14,381 nucleotides of DNA from positions 1 to 14,381 of the forward strand of contig CAZDOL010000002.1 of NCBI GenBank assembly GCA_964507075.1, read 5' to 3'. Below are positions 11,891-14,381 of the stretch, one piece after another. The position numbers and the translations under genes are program-made. Below the pieces are notes generated by a model that was given only the letters and a program-made list of their open reading frames with translations, did not search any database and had not been told where the DNA came from. Position 1 is the first letter of the stretch. Each line of letters starts with the position of its first letter. This DNA comes from an uncultured Gammaproteobacteria bacterium. GTDB lineage: Bacteria > Patescibacteriota > Patescibacteriia > UBA2591 > UBA6264.

Positions 11891-14377
11891 TCAAACCAAC
11901 GTAAAAGACCCAACCTTATCTTCATTTCCTTTAAACCTCATCAACCTAACTCCTTGAGTAGCCCTAGCCAAGCCAGGAATACTAGATAAAGGCAAACGAA
12001 TCGTTTGTCCAGCTTGAGAAATCAACAATAAATCAGTAAATTCAGTTTTTTCCGAAATAAGTCTTGAGCCAATAATTTTACCTGTTTTCTCATTAATTTT
12101 TGCGGTCTTTAGCCCTGATCCACCTCTGCCTTGAAAATGGTAATTATCAATAGTTGTTGTTTTCCCAAAACCATTCTCAGTAACAATTAATAATCTAGAA
12201 CCCTTTTCTTTTGATTTAGTAATAATTTCTGCGCCCACTAATAAATCATCAGTTTTTAATCTAATTCCTCGCACACCAGATGCTGTTCTGCCCATAGCTC
12301 TTAAATCTTTTTCCTTAAATCTAATAGCTTTCCCTTTCTCTGAAACAAGAATTATTTCATCTTCTCCAGAAGTAGGCTTAGTCCAACTCAAAATATCATC
12401 ATTCTTTAATTTTAATGCTATCAAGCCCGAACGGCGGACATTTTCAAAAGCGCTAATTTCTACTTTTTTTACAACGCCATTTTGTGTTGCAAAAAACAAA
12501 TATTTATAATTTTTAAGATCTGAAAATGGCAAAACAGTTGATATCTTTTCGTTTTCCTGTACTTCCAAAAAGTTAACTATTGCTTTTCCTTTAGCAGTTC
12601 TTGAAGCTTGGGGAATATCATACGCCTTGAGCTGAAAAACTCTTCCTTTTGTTGTAAAAAGCAAAACATCAGCATGAGTAGTAGTGGTTATTAATTGCTC
12701 TACCGAATCTTCATCTTTCGTTGAAAAACCAACCACTCCTTTTCCTCCACGAGCTTGGGTCTTAAAATCCTCTGGAGATACTCTTTTAATATATCCATCT
12801 TGGGTAATCATTAAAACCGTAGGTTCATTAGGAATTAAATCTTCTTCCTTAAATTTTTCAATGCCGCGCGGAACAATTTTCGTGCGTCGTTCGTCTCCAT
12901 GAGATTCTTTGACTTCCTTTATTTCTTTTTTAATAATATCTAAAATCATTTTTGGCTTAGCCAAAATTTCTTCCAACTCTTTGGCAAATTTTTTCTTTTC
13001 GTTTAATTCATCTTTATTCTTTTGTCTTTCTAAATGAGCCAACTGATGAAGTCGTATTTCTAAAATGGCCTGCGCTTGGATGTCGGTCAATTTAAACTTT
13101 TTTATTAAACTTTTTTTGGCTTCTTCTTTGTTCTCAGATTTTTTAATTAACTCAATAACCTGATTAATGTTATCAATGGCTATCTGCAAACCCTCTAAAA
13201 TATGAATTCTTTCTTTTGTTTTAGTTAGATTGTATTGAGTTCGCCTTTTAACAACAACTTGTCTGTGCTTAATATACTCTTCTAAAACCCTTTTTAAACC
13301 TAAAAGCTTGGGCTGAACTTCGTCCACCAAACAAACCATATTTACATGAAAAGTTTGTTGACAATCTGTTAGCTTAAAAAGACGATTCAATATTTTCTGA
13401 GGAAATGCTCCTTTTTTTAATTCAATAACAATGCGAACCCCATGCTTATCTGACTCATCACGAATATCTTTAATGTCCTGAATCCTTTTGGTTTTAACTA
13501 ATTCCGCCATTTTTTGTAAAAGAGTGGCCTTGTTAACTTGATAGGGTATTTCATTAATTATGATTTGAAAAAGTCCCAGTTTCTTTTCAATAATTTCTGT
13601 TTTTGCCCGCATTACAATCGGACCCTTGCCAGAAGCATAAACTTGTTTAATTTGATTATCATCAAAAATAAGTCCACCAGTTGGAAAATCAGGACCTTTA
13701 ATATATTGAAGCAGGTCTTCAACGTCACAATCTGGATTATCTATCTTATAAATTGTTGCGTCGCAAACTTCAGTTAAATTATGGGGAGGAATGTTAGTGG
13801 CCATACCAACAGCAATTCCCATTGAACCATTAAGAAGTAAATTGGGAATTTTAGCTGGTAGAACAGATGGTTCTTTGGTTGTACCGTCATAATTAGGAAC
13901 AAAATTAACTGTATCCTGGTCAATATCAATCAACATTTCTGAAGAAATCTTAGCCATTCTGCTCTCTGTGTATCTATGCGCCGCAGCTTTGTCCCCGTCG
14001 ATACTTCCAAAATTTCCTTGCCCATCTACTAATGGATATCTTAAAGAAAAATCTTGAGCCAATCTAACCATAGACTCATAAATCGCCTGGTCTCCATGCG
14101 GATGAAAACTGCCAAGCACGTGACCAACGACAGTAGCCGATTTTCTATATTTAACATTATGTCTTAGCCCCATCTCATGCATAGCATAAAGAATACGACG
14201 ATGAACAGGTTTCAAACCATCTCGCACGTCTGGTAAAGCTCTGGCAACAATAACACTCATTGCATAATCTATATATGAAGACTTAACCTCATCTTCTAAA
14301 TTTACGGGTTCTACGCCTTTTTCATTATTTTCTTCTTTTGTTTCTTCAATTTCTTCTTCTTTTGTTTCTTCTTTCAT
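11891..14377 (-). CDS. gyrA: DNA gyrase subunit A
   Basis: Motifs present are [20 protein letters not shown], the QRDR-type HPHGD segment, the active-site [10 protein letters not shown] (catalytic Tyr) and the GyrA-box QARGGKGV in the C-terminal beta-pinwheel. The product is 828 aa and includes a ~25-aa acidic N-terminal extension. Confidence 0.95.
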   Translation of the reverse strand: MKEETKEEEIEETKEENNEKGVEPVNLEDEVKSSYIDYAMSVIVARALPDVRDGLKPVHRRILYAMHEMGLRHNVKYRKSATVVGHVLGSFHPHGDQAIYESMVRLAQDFSLRYPLVDGQGNFGSIDGDKAAAHRYTESRMAKISSEMLIDIDQDTVNFVPNYDGTTKEPSVLPAKIPNLLLNGSMGIAVGMATNIPPHNLTEVCDATIYKIDNPDCDVEDLLQYIKGPDFPTGGLIFDDNQIKQVYASGKGPIVMRAKTEIIEKKLGLFQIIINEIPYQVNKATLLQKMAELVKTKRIQDIKDIRDESDKHGVRIVIELKKGAFPQKILNRLFKLTDCQQTFHVNMVCLVDEVQPKLLGLKRVLEEYIKHRQVVVKRRTQYNLTKTKERIHILEGLQIAIDNINQVIELIKKSENKEEAKKSLIKKFKLTDIQAQAILEIRLHQLAHLERQKNKDELNEKKKFAKELEEILAKPKMILDIIKKEIKEVKESHGDERRTKIVPRGIEKFKEEDLIPNEPTVLMITQDGYIKRVSPEDFKTQARGGKGVVGFSTKDEDSVEQLITTTTHADVLLFTTKGRVFQLKAYDIPQASRTAKGKAIVNFLEVQENEKISTVLPFSDLKNYKYLFFATQNGVVKKVEISAFENVRRSGLIALKLKNDDILSWTKPTSGEDEIILVSEKGKAIRFKEKDLRAMGRTASGVRGIRLKTDDLLVGAEIITKSKEKGSRLLIVTENGFGKTTTIDNYHFQGRGGSGLKTAKINEKTGKIIGSRLISEKTEFTDLLLISQAGQTIRLPLSSIPGLARATQGVRLMRFKGNEDKVGSFTLV

Positions 14378-14381
14378 TTTA

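Noticed and set aside
11601-11957. A 118-aa + strand ORF crossing the GC-rich spacer.
   Set aside because: It overlaps the protease signal-peptide region, the spacer and the gyrA 3' end in antisense. It has no family resemblance and is kept open by the GC-rich segment.
2528-13777. Short ORFs from the six-frame track: 2528-2713(-), 2595-2819(+), 4765-4992(+), 5218-5424(+), 5902-6102(+), 12684-12902(+), 13538-13777(+).
   Set aside because: All lie entirely inside strongly supported minus-strand genes (rmlA, infB, vanW, gyrA). They have low-complexity, non-family-like translations and are shadow ORFs.
1-14381. An alternative genetic code (UGA recoding, as in some CPR lineages).
   Set aside because: TGA terminates hsp20 (7649-7651) and gyrA (11891-11893) at the expected protein lengths. 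All ORFs are intact under the standard code.

Overview
This is an AT-rich (about one-third G+C by eye), very compact bacterial window. All 11 supported genes lie on the minus strand, in this order: gyrA, a secreted S8 protease with an FG-GAP propeller, an AAA+ (DUF4143-like) ATPase, hsp20, a vanW-family gene, infB, rmlD, long-form rmlA, rpsP, a KH-domain gene (KhpA/YlqC-like) and trmD. Four things resemble reduced-genome Patescibacteria/CPR, though that is inference only. There is no rimM between the KH gene and trmD. infB is detached from nusA/rbfA. S16, the KH protein and GyrA carry charged tails. No start codon has a recognisable Shine-Dalgarno motif. The genetic code is standard, since TGA terminates hsp20 and gyrA. 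I saw no rRNA, tRNA, CRISPR array, transposase, reverse transcriptase or recognisable defence gene. The most unusual signal is non-coding: a family of short GC-rich palindromic elements, all in one orientation. Two simple copies (3739-3773 and 9476-9511) match at 31 of 36 aligned positions, and each is bracketed by abutting 5-6 bp direct repeats at identical core boundaries. That pattern looks like target-site duplication by a non-autonomous MITE/REP-like element. A compound, highly structured 147-nt GC-rich cluster of related sequence fills the gyrA-protease spacer (11744-11890). Other notable items are listed here.
- A perfect-consensus sigma70-type promoter with an overlapping inverted repeat sits in front of the orphan ATPase.
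- Out-of-frame-unit microsatellites occur inside trmD (7 nt) and across the vanW stop and infB start (8 nt).
- Near-identical DNA repeats occur inside the protease propeller.
- The rpsP-KH spacer is structured.
- A C(UUCG)G terminator-like hairpin lies before trmD.
All family calls rest on motif recognition by eye. No searches or folding programs were run.
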